A stretch of DNA of 64,000 bases from Candidatus Dormibacteria bacterium (GTDB lineage Bacteria; Chloroflexota; Dormibacteria; Aeolococcales; Bog-877). This document shows, piece by piece, positions 35,226-43,868 of the stretch (its first letter is position 1; the number at the start of each line of letters is the position of its first letter). The translations under genes were made by a program, and so were the position numbers. The DNA is taken from NCBI GenBank assembly GCA_050734135.1, contig JBOHUG010000016.1, positions 6,532 through 70,531 of the forward strand, given 5' to 3'. The notes under the pieces are model-generated. The model saw only the letters and a list, made by a program, of their open reading frames with translations. It searched no databases and was not told where the DNA came from.

Positions 35226-36395
35226 CTAGTGCTTGAGCTTGGCGCCGATCGCAGGAGAGATCTGGACCGCCAGGTTGCGCATCGCCTTTACCCAACGGTT
35301 GGACGGATGCTTCCACGCCAAGGGCTCGCCGCCACTCAACGAGCGCACCCCGTCGATGCCGCCGTGCGGCAGAGCAAGTACCGGCTGCTCCAGCACCCGC
35401 TTGGCCCGGTCGGCGTCGACCTGGTGGTACGGGAGGACGCAGTTAAGAACCACCGAGATCCGGTCTCGGGGGATCTGCAGCTGGTCGCAGATGCGCAGCC
35501 AGCCGCGCAGCCCCACCACCCCCGGATTGTCCGGGGTGCCGACCAGGATCATGTGGTCGGAGGACTCCAAGAGGTCGATTCCGCCGTTGTCCAGCCGCCC
35601 CCCCTGGTCGACGACCACTAGGTCGGCGAGGCCCGTAAGCCGGAAGATGAGGGCCCCCACCGCCGCCGGCGACACCGAGTCGGAGAGTTCCGGTCGCCCC
35701 GGCGCCGGCAGCACGGAGACCCCACTTGGGTGGCGGGTCAGACGGTCCAGGATGTCATCCTCGACCGGGAGGTCGGACAGCTCCACCCAGGTCGGGGTCT
35801 GCGGCGGCAGGTTGAAGGCCATCAGGGCGCTGCCGAAGCGGGGAACGTTGTCTACCAGCGCCACCCGGAGCGTCTCCGCCGCGATCACGGCCAAATTGGT
35901 GGCGAGCGCGGTACGACCGACCCCGCCTCGAGGTCCGCATACGACCCACAACTCCCCGGGCCCCTTCCGTGGGTTCTGGGGATCGATCGGTGCCAGTCGG
36001 GTCGCCGGCGCCGCCGACTCAGCCGCCAGCAGAGTGCGGAGGGTCTCAGCGACTGTCTGGGTCGAGCTGTTGCGCGGGAGCACCTCGGTCGCCCCCGCCG
36101 CCGTCGCCGCCATGACGATCGCGGCGGCCGGGTCCGCCGCGACGAGTACGACCGGGATCGTGGCGTGAACGTCGGAGGCCCGGATCTGCTTGATCAGCGG
36201 GACCAGTTGGGCATCGTCACCGGTGACCTCGATCAGCGCCGCCTCGGCCGGGGTCTCCTTCAGCGCCGCCGCCGCCGCCTTGGTGGACTCGAAGGCCAGC
36301 ATGGCGAGCCCGCGCTTGTCCAGCGCCTTGGCGATGGTCTCGGACCGTGATGCCTGACGCGACACCACTAGCACCCGGTTAGGTTGATCCGGCAC
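35226..36395 (-). CDS. CpaE/TadZ-like protein: pseudo-receiver domain fused to a ParA/MinD-type ATPase domain
   Basis: The N-terminal REC-like fold lacks the acidic pocket (VLVVSRQAS, ALIEVTG). Then VVCGPRGGVGRTALATNLA (deviant Walker A with both lysines replaced by Arg) and DLVVVD (Walker B). Confidence 0.7.
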   Translation of the reverse strand: MPDQPNRVLVVSRQASRSETIAKALDKRGLAMLAFESTKAAAAALKETPAEAALIEVTGDDAQLVPLIKQIRASDVHATIPVVLVAADPAAAIVMAATAAGATEVLPRNSSTQTVAETLRTLLAAESAAPATRLAPIDPQNPRKGPGELWVVCGPRGGVGRTALATNLAVIAAETLRVALVDNVPRFGSALMAFNLPPQTPTWVELSDLPVEDDILDRLTRHPSGVSVLPAPGRPELSDSVSPAAVGALIFRLTGLADLVVVDQGGRLDNGGIDLLESSDHMILVGTPDNPGVVGLRGWLRICDQLQIPRDRISVVLNCVLPYHQVDADRAKRVLEQPVLALPHGGIDGVRSLSGGEPLAWKHPSNRWVKAMRNLAVQISPAIGAKLKH

Positions 36396-36439
36396 GAAGT
36401 CCAGTTTAGGCGATGCGAGCGGGCGAGAAATCCCCGGAC

Positions 36440-36904
36440 TCAGTCCGTCTTAGCCCGGCTCCGAGTGAGCCGCCGCTTGGGAGCCGCCAGGGCCGGCTCC
36501 GCCGTTGCGGCCGCCGGCGAAGTCTCCACCGCCTCCGATGGAGACTCAGAGTTGCCGACCGACTCGCGCCGCTCCCGAATCTTCGCGCGCTTGCCCACCT
36601 TGTCTCGCAGGTAGTACAGCTTGGCCCGCCGGACCCGGCCGTGGCGGATCACCTCGATCTGAGCGAGCCGCGGTGAGTGGACCGGGAAGGTGCGTTCCAC
36701 CCCCACCCCGTGAGCGGTACGACGCACCGTCATCGAGCGCTGGGTTCCCCCCTTCTGAAGCGCGATTACCACCCCCTCGAAGACCTGAATGCGCTCCCTA
36801 GTGCCCTCCACGACCTTGACGTGGACTCGCACCGTGTCGCCCGGACTGAGTTCCGGGACGTCGTCGCGGAGCTGCTCTTCTTCAAGCAGATCGATGATGT
36901 TCAT
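36440..36904 (-). CDS. rplS: 50S ribosomal protein L19 with a C-terminal extension
   Basis: [42 protein letters not shown]. Confidence 0.95.
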   Translation of the reverse strand: MNIIDLLEEEQLRDDVPELSPGDTVRVHVKVVEGTRERIQVFEGVVIALQKGGTQRSMTVRRTAHGVGVERTFPVHSPRLAQIEVIRHGRVRRAKLYYLRDKVGKRAKIRERRESVGNSESPSEAVETSPAAATAEPALAAPKRRLTRSRAKTD

Positions 36905-37677
36905 TCCGCTCCTCTCAGGGGAACGCCGGCCACTGCCGAGTTCGAGCCCCGTTTTTCATCTCCGGCGGCCCGACCCGCCGCCTGCTTCCGTTGGGCGTCG
37001 ACCAGGAGGTCGGGCCGCAATCTCACGGCCCGTTCTCGGGCCGCCTCGGCCCGCCAGCGGGCGATCTTCGCGTGGTCTCCGTTGCGGAGCGCCTCCGGCA
37101 CCGCCATTCCTTCAAACACCGCCGGCCGAGTGTAGTGGGGGTACTCAGGCAACCCGGCGCTGAAGCTCTCGTCCACGGCAGACTCGGGGTCTCCCAGGGT
37201 TCCAGGGAGACGGCGAGCCACCGCCTCGATCAGCATCATGGCCGGGAGTTCCCCTCCACTTACCACGAAGTCGCCGACCGAGATCTCGTCCAGCTCCAGA
37301 CCCGAGCTCACCCGCTCGTCCACCCCTTCGTAGCGGCCGCAGACCAAGAGCAGTCGAGGCTCCGTCAGCAGCTCTTCGACCACTTCGGTGGTGAGCTTCC
37401 GTCCGTAGGCGGCGAGCAAGATACCCCGCGGCGCGGGGGGCCCGAGCTGCTCCCTCACCGCTCGGGCGGCGGCGAAGAGCGGCTCGGGCCGGAGTACCAT
37501 CCCCGGTCCGCCGCCGTAGGGAGTGTCGTCAACCTGGCGGTGCACCCCCCTTCCCCACTGGCGGAGGTCATGGACTTCGATCTCGATCAGCCCCTGCTCC
37601 AGCGCCCGACCCACGACCCCGGCTCCGAGCGGACCGGGAAACATCGCGGGAAACAGGCTGATCACGTCAAACCGCAT
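36901..37677 (-). CDS. trmD: tRNA (guanine37-N1)-methyltransferase
   Basis: [36 protein letters not shown]. Confidence 0.95.
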   Translation of the reverse strand: MRFDVISLFPAMFPGPLGAGVVGRALEQGLIEIEVHDLRQWGRGVHRQVDDTPYGGGPGMVLRPEPLFAAARAVREQLGPPAPRGILLAAYGRKLTTEVVEELLTEPRLLLVCGRYEGVDERVSSGLELDEISVGDFVVSGGELPAMMLIEAVARRLPGTLGDPESAVDESFSAGLPEYPHYTRPAVFEGMAVPEALRNGDHAKIARWRAEAARERAVRLRPDLLVDAQRKQAAGRAAGDEKRGSNSAVAGVPLRGAE

Positions 37678-38182
37678 CGACCCAGGCCTCCAGATACGGC
37701 TCGGCGACGGTGATCCTCTTTCGGCCCAGATCGATTCCCAGCACCGCCTCCTTCACCGCCGGGATCCGGAGCTCACTGGCGGGGGTGCGAATTACATAAA
37801 CGTCATGGGCTGGGTACGCTTCGACATCGACCAGCTCCCCTCGACTCCGCCCCTGCCGGTCCTCGACTTCCAAACCCACCAGCTGGAAATGGAAGTACTC
37901 GCCGGCAGGTAAGGCGCGCAGCTCGGTCCCCTCCACCTCGAGGTAGCCGCCGCCGAGCCGGGCGGCAGAGTCGCGATCGGCGATCCCCACAAAGCGACAG
38001 AGCAGGTGGTTGCCGGCGCCGCGGACGGATTCCACCACCAGCGGGCCATGCGGTCCCCGCAGCGTTTCGCCCGGCGCCAACCGGCCCGGGTCCCCACCCA
38101 GCAGCTCCACGCTTAGCTCGCCAGCCAGTCCATGCGGCCCCAACAGCCGGGCGACCCGGACCCACTCCGGCGGCTCGCTCAA
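37667..38182 (-). CDS. rimM: 16S rRNA processing protein RimM
   Basis: 171 aa, VRVARLLGPHGLAGEL... with a PRC-barrel C-terminus. It lies between the KH gene and trmD, as in the conserved operon. Confidence 0.9.
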   Translation of the reverse strand: MSEPPEWVRVARLLGPHGLAGELSVELLGGDPGRLAPGETLRGPHGPLVVESVRGAGNHLLCRFVGIADRDSAARLGGGYLEVEGTELRALPAGEYFHFQLVGLEVEDRQGRSRGELVDVEAYPAHDVYVIRTPASELRIPAVKEAVLGIDLGRKRITVAEPYLEAWVDAV

Positions 38183-38418
38183 TCGCGCACCTCGATGTAC
38201 ACCCGATCTCGCGGTCGGAGGGATGCTGCCCTGGCCACCATCCGGATCGCCTCGATATGTCGTCCTCCGCGGCCGATCAGCTTGCCCAGGTCCTCGGGCG
38301 CGGTCTTGATCCGCACCGTCACCCGATGGGCGTCCCCTTCCACTTGGACCTCTACCGCGTCCGGCTGCGAGACCATCTGCTGGACCATGTACCGCACCAG
38401 TTCGCCGTAATCGGGCAC
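38179..38418 (-). CDS. KH-domain RNA-binding protein (YlqC/UPF0109 family)
   Basis: LVRYMVQQMVSQPDAVEVQVE....V.V.I...PEDLGKLIGRGGRHIEAIR. I place the start at the GTG at 38418, 5 nt after the rpsP stop and preceded by GAGGAG. Confidence 0.8.
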   Translation of the reverse strand: MPDYGELVRYMVQQMVSQPDAVEVQVEGDAHRVTVRIKTAPEDLGKLIGRGGRHIEAIRMVARAASLRPRDRVYIEVRD

Positions 38419-38422
38419 GGCC

Positions 38423-38974
38423 TCACTCCTCGCTGGGCGCGTGTGGAGCTGAGTCCGGCTCATCCGGTGCCGAGTCCTCTGGAGTCTCCTCCGGTTCCCC
38501 TGGAGCGTCCGTCTCGCTGACCACCTCGGCCGGGAGTTGGGCCAGCTCCTCGGAGCTCACGATGGCGGCCGGCACCTCCTCAGAGTGAGCTGCCTCAGAC
38601 TCCGGGGCGGCCACCTCCGCAGCGACGTCCGGCGCGGCCACAGCCGGGGCCGCGGCAATGGCCACCGGTCCCTGACCCGGCTTGGGGGCCCGCTTGGGTC
38701 CCGTCTTGGTGCGAACCGGGTGCGCCGTGGCGGGCAGCGAGCCCTGGCGCTCGAGCAGCTCGCGGACAGCATCCGAGGGGCGCGCGCCGGTCGCCAGCCA
38801 ATGGCGGATCCGCTCGTCATCCACCTGGAAAACCTTGGGGTTCTTGAGGGGATCGTAGAACCCCACCGATTCGATGAAGCGGCCGTCCCGAGGCGAGCGC
38901 GCGTCAGCCACCACCACCCGATAGAAGGGCCGCTTCTTGGCACCCATGCGCTTGAGACGAATCTTTACTGCCAC
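38423..38974 (-). CDS. rpsP: 30S ribosomal protein S16 with a roughly 100-aa acidic/Ala/Pro-rich C-terminal tail
   Basis: [40 protein letters not shown] chose the GTG start at 38974, preceded by AAGGGGA. Confidence 0.9.
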   Translation of the reverse strand: MAVKIRLKRMGAKKRPFYRVVVADARSPRDGRFIESVGFYDPLKNPKVFQVDDERIRHWLATGARPSDAVRELLERQGSLPATAHPVRTKTGPKRAPKPGQGPVAIAAAPAVAAPDVAAEVAAPESEAAHSEEVPAAIVSSEELAQLPAEVVSETDAPGEPEETPEDSAPDEPDSAPHAPSEE

Positions 38975-39031
38975 TGAGAATCCCCTTGTCTTATGGAAAA
39001 AGTGCAAAAAACCGAGTCGTTTTCGCGGGCC

Positions 39032-40399
39032 TTACCGGCGCCCCGGAAGAGCGTTCCCCGGTGCCCCCTTCATCAGTTCCGCCGCCAGCCGCCGCTTGCC
39101 GCCGAGCCCGGAGAAGCCACGCATCATCTCCTGCATTCGTTCGAAATTCTTGATCAGTCGTGAAACTTCGACCGGGGTCGTGCCGCTGCCGGCCGCGATC
39201 CGGCGCCGACGGGACGCGTCGATGAGGGCAGGCCGGCGCCGCTCCTGGGCGGTCATCGACATCACGATCGCTTCGATCCGGCTCAGCTGGGCTTCGTCCG
39301 GCAGATTTCCCCCTTGCTGCTTTACCAACTCCCGCCCGCCTGGCATCATCCCCAGGACCGACTCCAGCGGTCCCAGCTGTCGGATCTGGCGCATCTGGAC
39401 GATGAAATCGTCCAGGGAGAGCCGGCCCTCGCGGATCTGGGCCTCAACCCGCTGCGCCTCTTCTGTGCTTATCTCCTGGCTGGCTCGCTCGACCAGAGTC
39501 AGGACGTCTCCCATGCCCAGGATCCGCCGCGCCATCCGCTCCGGGTGGAAGGCCTCCAGATCGCGGGCCCGCTCCCCCACTCCGCAGTACCAAACCTGCA
39601 GCCCGATAGCGGCCCGCATCGAGAGGGCGGCTCCCCCCCGAGCGTCGCCGTCGAGTTTGGTCAGCACCACCCCATCCACTCCGACCGCGTCCTTGAACGC
39701 CCCGGCCACCCGGACCGCTTCCTGGCCGGTCATGGCGTCCACCACCAGGAGCCCGTGGTGCACCGTCGTCGCCTGGCGGAGTGCCTTCAACTCGTCCATC
39801 AGCGGCTGGTCCAAGTGCTGGCGCCCAGCGGTGTCGATGAGCACCACGTCGGCCCCCCGGCGCCGGGCCTCGGCAGTGGCCGCCTTGACCCCCTTGGCCA
39901 GCCCGTGGTCGGCGGGCGCCTCCAGCACCTCCAACTGCTGCTGCTCGGCGAGCACCTGCAGCTGCGCCACCGCTGCCGCTCGCTGGAGGTCGGCCGCCAC
40001 CAGGATCGGCCGGTGGCCCTCCTGGCGCGCCAGCAGTGCCAGCTTGACCGCCGCGGTCGTCTTGCCGGAGCCTTGCAGTCCCATCAGCATCACGGTCGTG
40101 GGCGGCTCCTGCTGGTAGGTGATCCGAGCGTCCTGCCCGCCGAGCAGGACCACCAGCTCCTCGTAAACAACCTTGATCACCTGCTGCCCCGGGGTGAGGC
40201 TCTCCAGCACCTCGGCGCCCTCCGCCCGCACCCGCACCCGGTCCACGAATTCGCGGGCAACCTTGTAGTTGACGTCTGCTTCCAGCAGCGCCAGCCGCAC
40301 CTCGCGGAGTCCGACCTCAACGTCCGCCGGGGTCAGTTTGCCCTTCGCGGTGAAGCGCTTGAAGGCGACCCCCAGCTTGTCGGTCAGATTGTCGAACAC
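39032..40399 (-). CDS. ffh: signal recognition particle protein Ffh
   Basis: MGLQGSGKTTAAVKLA, DTAGR, a Met-rich M domain (GMMPGG..., FERMQEMM). Confidence 0.95.
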   Translation of the reverse strand: MFDNLTDKLGVAFKRFTAKGKLTPADVEVGLREVRLALLEADVNYKVAREFVDRVRVRAEGAEVLESLTPGQQVIKVVYEELVVLLGGQDARITYQQEPPTTVMLMGLQGSGKTTAAVKLALLARQEGHRPILVAADLQRAAAVAQLQVLAEQQQLEVLEAPADHGLAKGVKAATAEARRRGADVVLIDTAGRQHLDQPLMDELKALRQATTVHHGLLVVDAMTGQEAVRVAGAFKDAVGVDGVVLTKLDGDARGGAALSMRAAIGLQVWYCGVGERARDLEAFHPERMARRILGMGDVLTLVERASQEISTEEAQRVEAQIREGRLSLDDFIVQMRQIRQLGPLESVLGMMPGGRELVKQQGGNLPDEAQLSRIEAIVMSMTAQERRRPALIDASRRRRIAAGSGTTPVEVSRLIKNFERMQEMMRGFSGLGGKRRLAAELMKGAPGNALPGRR

Positions 40400-40735
40400 C
40401 TAACGGCCTCCCTCGGCCTCAGACTGGGCCCGCAGGCGCCGCTCCAGCCGGCTCACTCGGCCGCGGAGCCGGCCCGCCTCCCGATCGGCCGCCGCCAGCC
40501 GCCGGCAGGCGCCCAGGCGCTGCTCCAGCAGCTCCATCCGCCCCATCCCCCGGCGCACCAGATCGTGCGCCGCAGCCCGGGAAGTGCCCAGGGACTGCGC
40601 CAATTCTCCGAGCGACCAGTCCTCCTCGAGCTGCAGCCGCAGCGCCTCCCGCTGGCGCGCCGTCAGGACCGCCCGGTAAACGTCGAAGAGTTGGACTCGG
40701 GCGAGTCGGTCGAAGGAGGGTGGTGTCAAGGTCAA
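40400..40735 (-). CDS. ylxM: YlxM-type putative DNA-binding protein (UPF0122)
   Basis: TTG start. LFDVYRAVLTARQREALRLQLEEDWSLGELAQSLGTSRAAAHDLVRR. It sits directly upstream of ffh, as in Bacillus. Confidence 0.8.
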   Translation of the reverse strand: MTLTPPSFDRLARVQLFDVYRAVLTARQREALRLQLEEDWSLGELAQSLGTSRAAAHDLVRRGMGRMELLEQRLGACRRLAAADREAGRLRGRVSRLERRLRAQSEAEGGR

Positions 40736-40747
40736 AGCCTTGACACC
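40722..40747. repeat. perfect 10-bp inverted repeat (GGTGTCAAGG-6 nt-CCTTGACACC) spanning the ylxM start codon
   Basis: Read directly. Each arm contains a TTGACA hexamer on one strand. Confidence 0.8.
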
Positions 40748-41282
40748 CTACTCCGATCGCGGCGCTTCTATCAAATGGGATCGAGCCGCCTGAGCCCCGG
40801 GTTCCTGATGCCCCTAGCTCCAGCGAGGTGGCTTAGCTGCGCACCGCCTACCCAAAAGTCAGTAAGGCGCTGAATGATCGCCCGACCTGCTCCCTCGCGC
40901 GGTGGCAAAAGCGGGTCGGACCGGTCGTTGCCGACCGGGAAGAGGTGCGCGCTAAATGTGCCTGCGGGATTCGCCTTGATTCGCCGGCTGGCGTTGGTTG
41001 ACCCGTCAGACAGCGCAGTACAACTTGCCCCTGATGACTTACGGTCATTCGGCTTTGAGTTGACCCGACGACTGCCGCCGGTCGGTAGAAAGTCCCTACC
41101 CGACCAAGGTGCGAGAGAACGGCTTTGACCGCACACCCTGATGCTGCGAACTGGTCGACGGGGGTGAGCTGCCTCGCCGGTCGCTAAGGGTACGTCTGTG
41201 GAACAGCGAGATTACTCCGGCAGCCGGCGCGCCCCGGCCCAGCGGGATTCGGGGCAGCTGGAGGAGAAGCGGTCGGGTCGTG

Positions 41283-42869
41283 TCAGCTGGCGAGGCGGCG
41301 GGCGCGCAGCACGACGTCGTCGACGTGGTGGGAAACGGCGGCGGCCCCCACCGGACGCCGTCGCTTCTCGTGGACCGCGATCTCCCATAGCGCTGTATCG
41401 GCGACCGCCGCCGCGAAGTCGTCGACCCGTACGTGGGCGTCCGGATCGAATGGATGGCTGTGGGCAGGTGTGTTGATCGCCGCGCGCATCGGCTCCAGAT
41501 CGTGGCTCACGACGAGCAGCGTGCCACCCGGAGCGACCGCGTTCAGCAGGTTGCTGACACCCCGGTCATCGGGGGTGCGGGGAATCGCTGCGTACTGCAC
41601 CGACACGAGGTCGAATGCTCCAGGCTCGAATGCATCGAGCCGGTTCGCGTCCACGTGGTGGCACTCGATGCGCAGACCGCGGCGCTCGGCCTCGACGCCG
41701 ACCCGGTCCAGAGCGCCTCGCGAGATGTCACTCGCGGTCACGGTCCAACCCTGCTCGGCCAGCCAGAGCGCGTCGCCACCCTCGCCGGCGCCGACATCCA
41801 AGGCGCGGCCAGGGGAGAGCGAACCGATCTCATTCACAAGCGCGGCGTTCGGTCGACCGCTCCACATCTGGCCGCCCCGGTAGCGGTGATCCCAGTCGAC
41901 CTCGTTGGCCGACGGACGGGCTACGGCTTGGATGTCGTCGCGGGCGAGACTGAAGCAGATCATGGCGCCGACCCGGCTGCCGTCGGTGGCGGCTTGTGAC
42001 ACTTGCTGGCTCGGGTCGGTCACGTTGCCGGCCGCATAGAGTCCCGGTACCGCAGTCGCCCCAGTCGCATCCGTCTCCAGGAAGTCTCCGAGTCCGGTCG
42101 GGTGCGGCGCAGGTCGGAGGCCGAGCGACACGAACGGTTCGGCCCGCACCCTGAACCGCGGACCGACCACGACCGCGTCGGCGTCGATGCGTTGCAGATC
42201 ATTCAGCTCGACTGCCGAGACCTGGCCGTCGGTACCCGTGACTAGGCGACTGACCTTGCCCGCGACGATGTTCACGCCGGCGTCCCGCAAGGCGTCGACC
42301 TCAGCGTCGTCCACCTCTACCAGATCGTGCAGTACCACGGTGAGCTGAGCCGTGAGCTGGCGGAATAGGCCGGCGGCGCGGAGTCCCATCGTATGGGTGA
42401 CGATCTCGACGATGCGCCGATCGCGGACCTCGAAGCCATGGCAGAACGGGCAGTGGATGACCTCGCGCCCCCAGTGTTCGGCGAGGCCGTCAATGTCCGG
42501 GAGTTCGTCCACCAGCCCTGTGGCGGCGAGAACCCGACGGGCGACGATGACGGGACCGGCGACGAGTTCGACCCGAAAGCGGTCGTCATCTGAACGGGTC
42601 ACGCGACTCACTTGACCGGCAAGCACCTCGCCGCCGTACCTGCGGACCTCCTCGCGACCAACTCTGGTCAGCTCCGATGGCGGAAGCCCCTCGTAACCGA
42701 GGTAGCCGTGCAGGTGTGAGGCGGGAGCGTTGCGCGGCTCGCCGGCGTCGATGACGATCACGGACCGGCGCTGGCGCCCCAGCTGAAGTGCAGCGGCAAG
42801 TCCGGCGGCCGACCCACCGATGACGGCTACGTCGCAGTGCCGCTCGACGTTAGGGGGGGGCATTGTCAC
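41283..42869 (-). CDS. fusion of an FAD/NAD(P)-dependent (thioredoxin-reductase-like) oxidoreductase with a class I SAM-dependent methyltransferase
   Basis: N-terminal half: DVAVIGGSAAGLAAALQLGR...AAGNVTD. C-terminal half: ALDVGAGEGGDALWLAEQGWTVTASDIS...LLVVSHD (motifs I to III). The start is the GTG at 42869 or the ATG at 42863. Confidence 0.8.
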   Translation of the reverse strand: MTMPPPNVERHCDVAVIGGSAAGLAAALQLGRQRRSVIVIDAGEPRNAPASHLHGYLGYEGLPPSELTRVGREEVRRYGGEVLAGQVSRVTRSDDDRFRVELVAGPVIVARRVLAATGLVDELPDIDGLAEHWGREVIHCPFCHGFEVRDRRIVEIVTHTMGLRAAGLFRQLTAQLTVVLHDLVEVDDAEVDALRDAGVNIVAGKVSRLVTGTDGQVSAVELNDLQRIDADAVVVGPRFRVRAEPFVSLGLRPAPHPTGLGDFLETDATGATAVPGLYAAGNVTDPSQQVSQAATDGSRVGAMICFSLARDDIQAVARPSANEVDWDHRYRGGQMWSGRPNAALVNEIGSLSPGRALDVGAGEGGDALWLAEQGWTVTASDISRGALDRVGVEAERRGLRIECHHVDANRLDAFEPGAFDLVSVQYAAIPRTPDDRGVSNLLNAVAPGGTLLVVSHDLEPMRAAINTPAHSHPFDPDAHVRVDDFAAAVADTALWEIAVHEKRRRPVGAAAVSHHVDDVVLRARRLAS

Positions 42870-42945
42870 TCATGACCTGGATGATACTGTTCAGCCCGGA
42901 AAGCGCACGTACACTTGCTATATTCGCAAGGCCGCCGGAGGAACG

Positions 42946-43563
42946 ATGGCCGAGTTTAACGAGATTGAACAGCTGGTTCGGAATCGTTTGAGGAGTCTGC
43001 GGACGACGCTCGGGCTGTCGCTCGACGAGCTCGCCGCCCGCACCAGCCTCAGTCCATCCACCATCAGTCGGGTCGAAACCGGGAGGCGAACGATCAGCCT
43101 CGAGATCCTGCTGCCGCTGGCAGCGGCGCTCCAGGTCGACCTCGACGCACTCCTCCACTCGAGCAGCGACGGTGATGTGGTCATCCGTCCACTACCGAAC
43201 CGCTCGCGCGAGCGCACCACCTGGATGCTGAGCCGTCCAACCGGCAGCACGCTCGCCGTCAAAATGAGACTGGAGCCGACCCGGCGGTCGGAAGCCCAGC
43301 GGGTCCACCCCGGTCACGACTGGCTCTTCGTCATCGAGGGACGGCTGCGCTTGTCGCTCGGCGACCGCGAGATCACTATCGAGACCGGCGAGGCCGCTGA
43401 GTTCCCCACCATGACGCCGCACGCCTTCGCGGCCATCGACGGCCCAGCCGAACTGATCATGATCTGCGACCATGACGGCCAACGGGCCCACGTCCATCAC
43501 GAGCCCCGCCATCGCCAAAAGGGGTCGCCAGCTCCCGGATCGACCTCATCACGGCGCCGGTGA
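42946..43563 (+). CDS. XRE-family HTH transcriptional regulator with a C-terminal cupin domain
   Basis: The ATG at 42946 is preceded by GGAGGA. LRSLRTTLGLSLDELAARTSLSPSTISRVETGRR is the HTH. The later H.GHDWLFVIEG...GEAAEF....PH is cupin-like. It is divergent from the fusion gene. Confidence 0.8.
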   Translation: MAEFNEIEQLVRNRLRSLRTTLGLSLDELAARTSLSPSTISRVETGRRTISLEILLPLAAALQVDLDALLHSSSDGDVVIRPLPNRSRERTTWMLSRPTGSTLAVKMRLEPTRRSEAQRVHPGHDWLFVIEGRLRLSLGDREITIETGEAAEFPTMTPHAFAAIDGPAELIMICDHDGQRAHVHHEPRHRQKGSPAPGSTSSRRR

Positions 43564-43581
43564 GGGACGTTTTAGACATGG

Positions 43582-43610
43582 CGTGGTCCCACCCGCGAGG
43601 CGGGACCACG
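43582..43610 (+). terminator. GC-rich hairpin downstream of the XRE-cupin gene (possible terminator, no U tract)
   Basis: CGTGGTCCC...GGGACCACG forms a 9-bp stem with additional inner pairs, 19 nt after the stop. Confidence 0.3.
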
Positions 43611-43868
43611 TATGCAGCACGGGCACTACCTCGGCTTGGTGGGTGCGGCAGCCCCCGCCTTCTATATGGCCCCGGCTAGGGCACGGTCTTGGGGCTCTGA
43701 GCGCGCTGGTGGCGACTGCCACCGGGAACTTCGGAATCTCCTTCACGAAGACTCGGCCGGAGACCGGTCCGGTTCCGAAGCGCCATGGCTCTCCGCTGTT
43801 ACCGATCTCCCGCATCTAGCTGGGCCACTGTGCTCGGCGCCCGCGAAGGGACTTGCAAGGAACCCGCC

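Noticed and set aside
39314-40873. 519-aa plus-strand ORF
   Set aside because: It is antisense to ffh and ylxM, which have unmistakable motifs. Its Arg/Pro/Gly/Leu-rich composition is typical of out-of-frame reading in GC-rich DNA.
40736-41282. Possible RNase P RNA, tmRNA or SRP RNA in the long intergenic region
   Set aside because: Only fragmentary resemblances were found: GTAGAAAGTCC versus the RNase P GAGGAAAGTCC box, and CTGGTCGACGGGGG versus the tmRNA 5' end. The other universal blocks are missing. A tmRNA starting there would run into the downstream CDS. No SRP domain IV motif is present.
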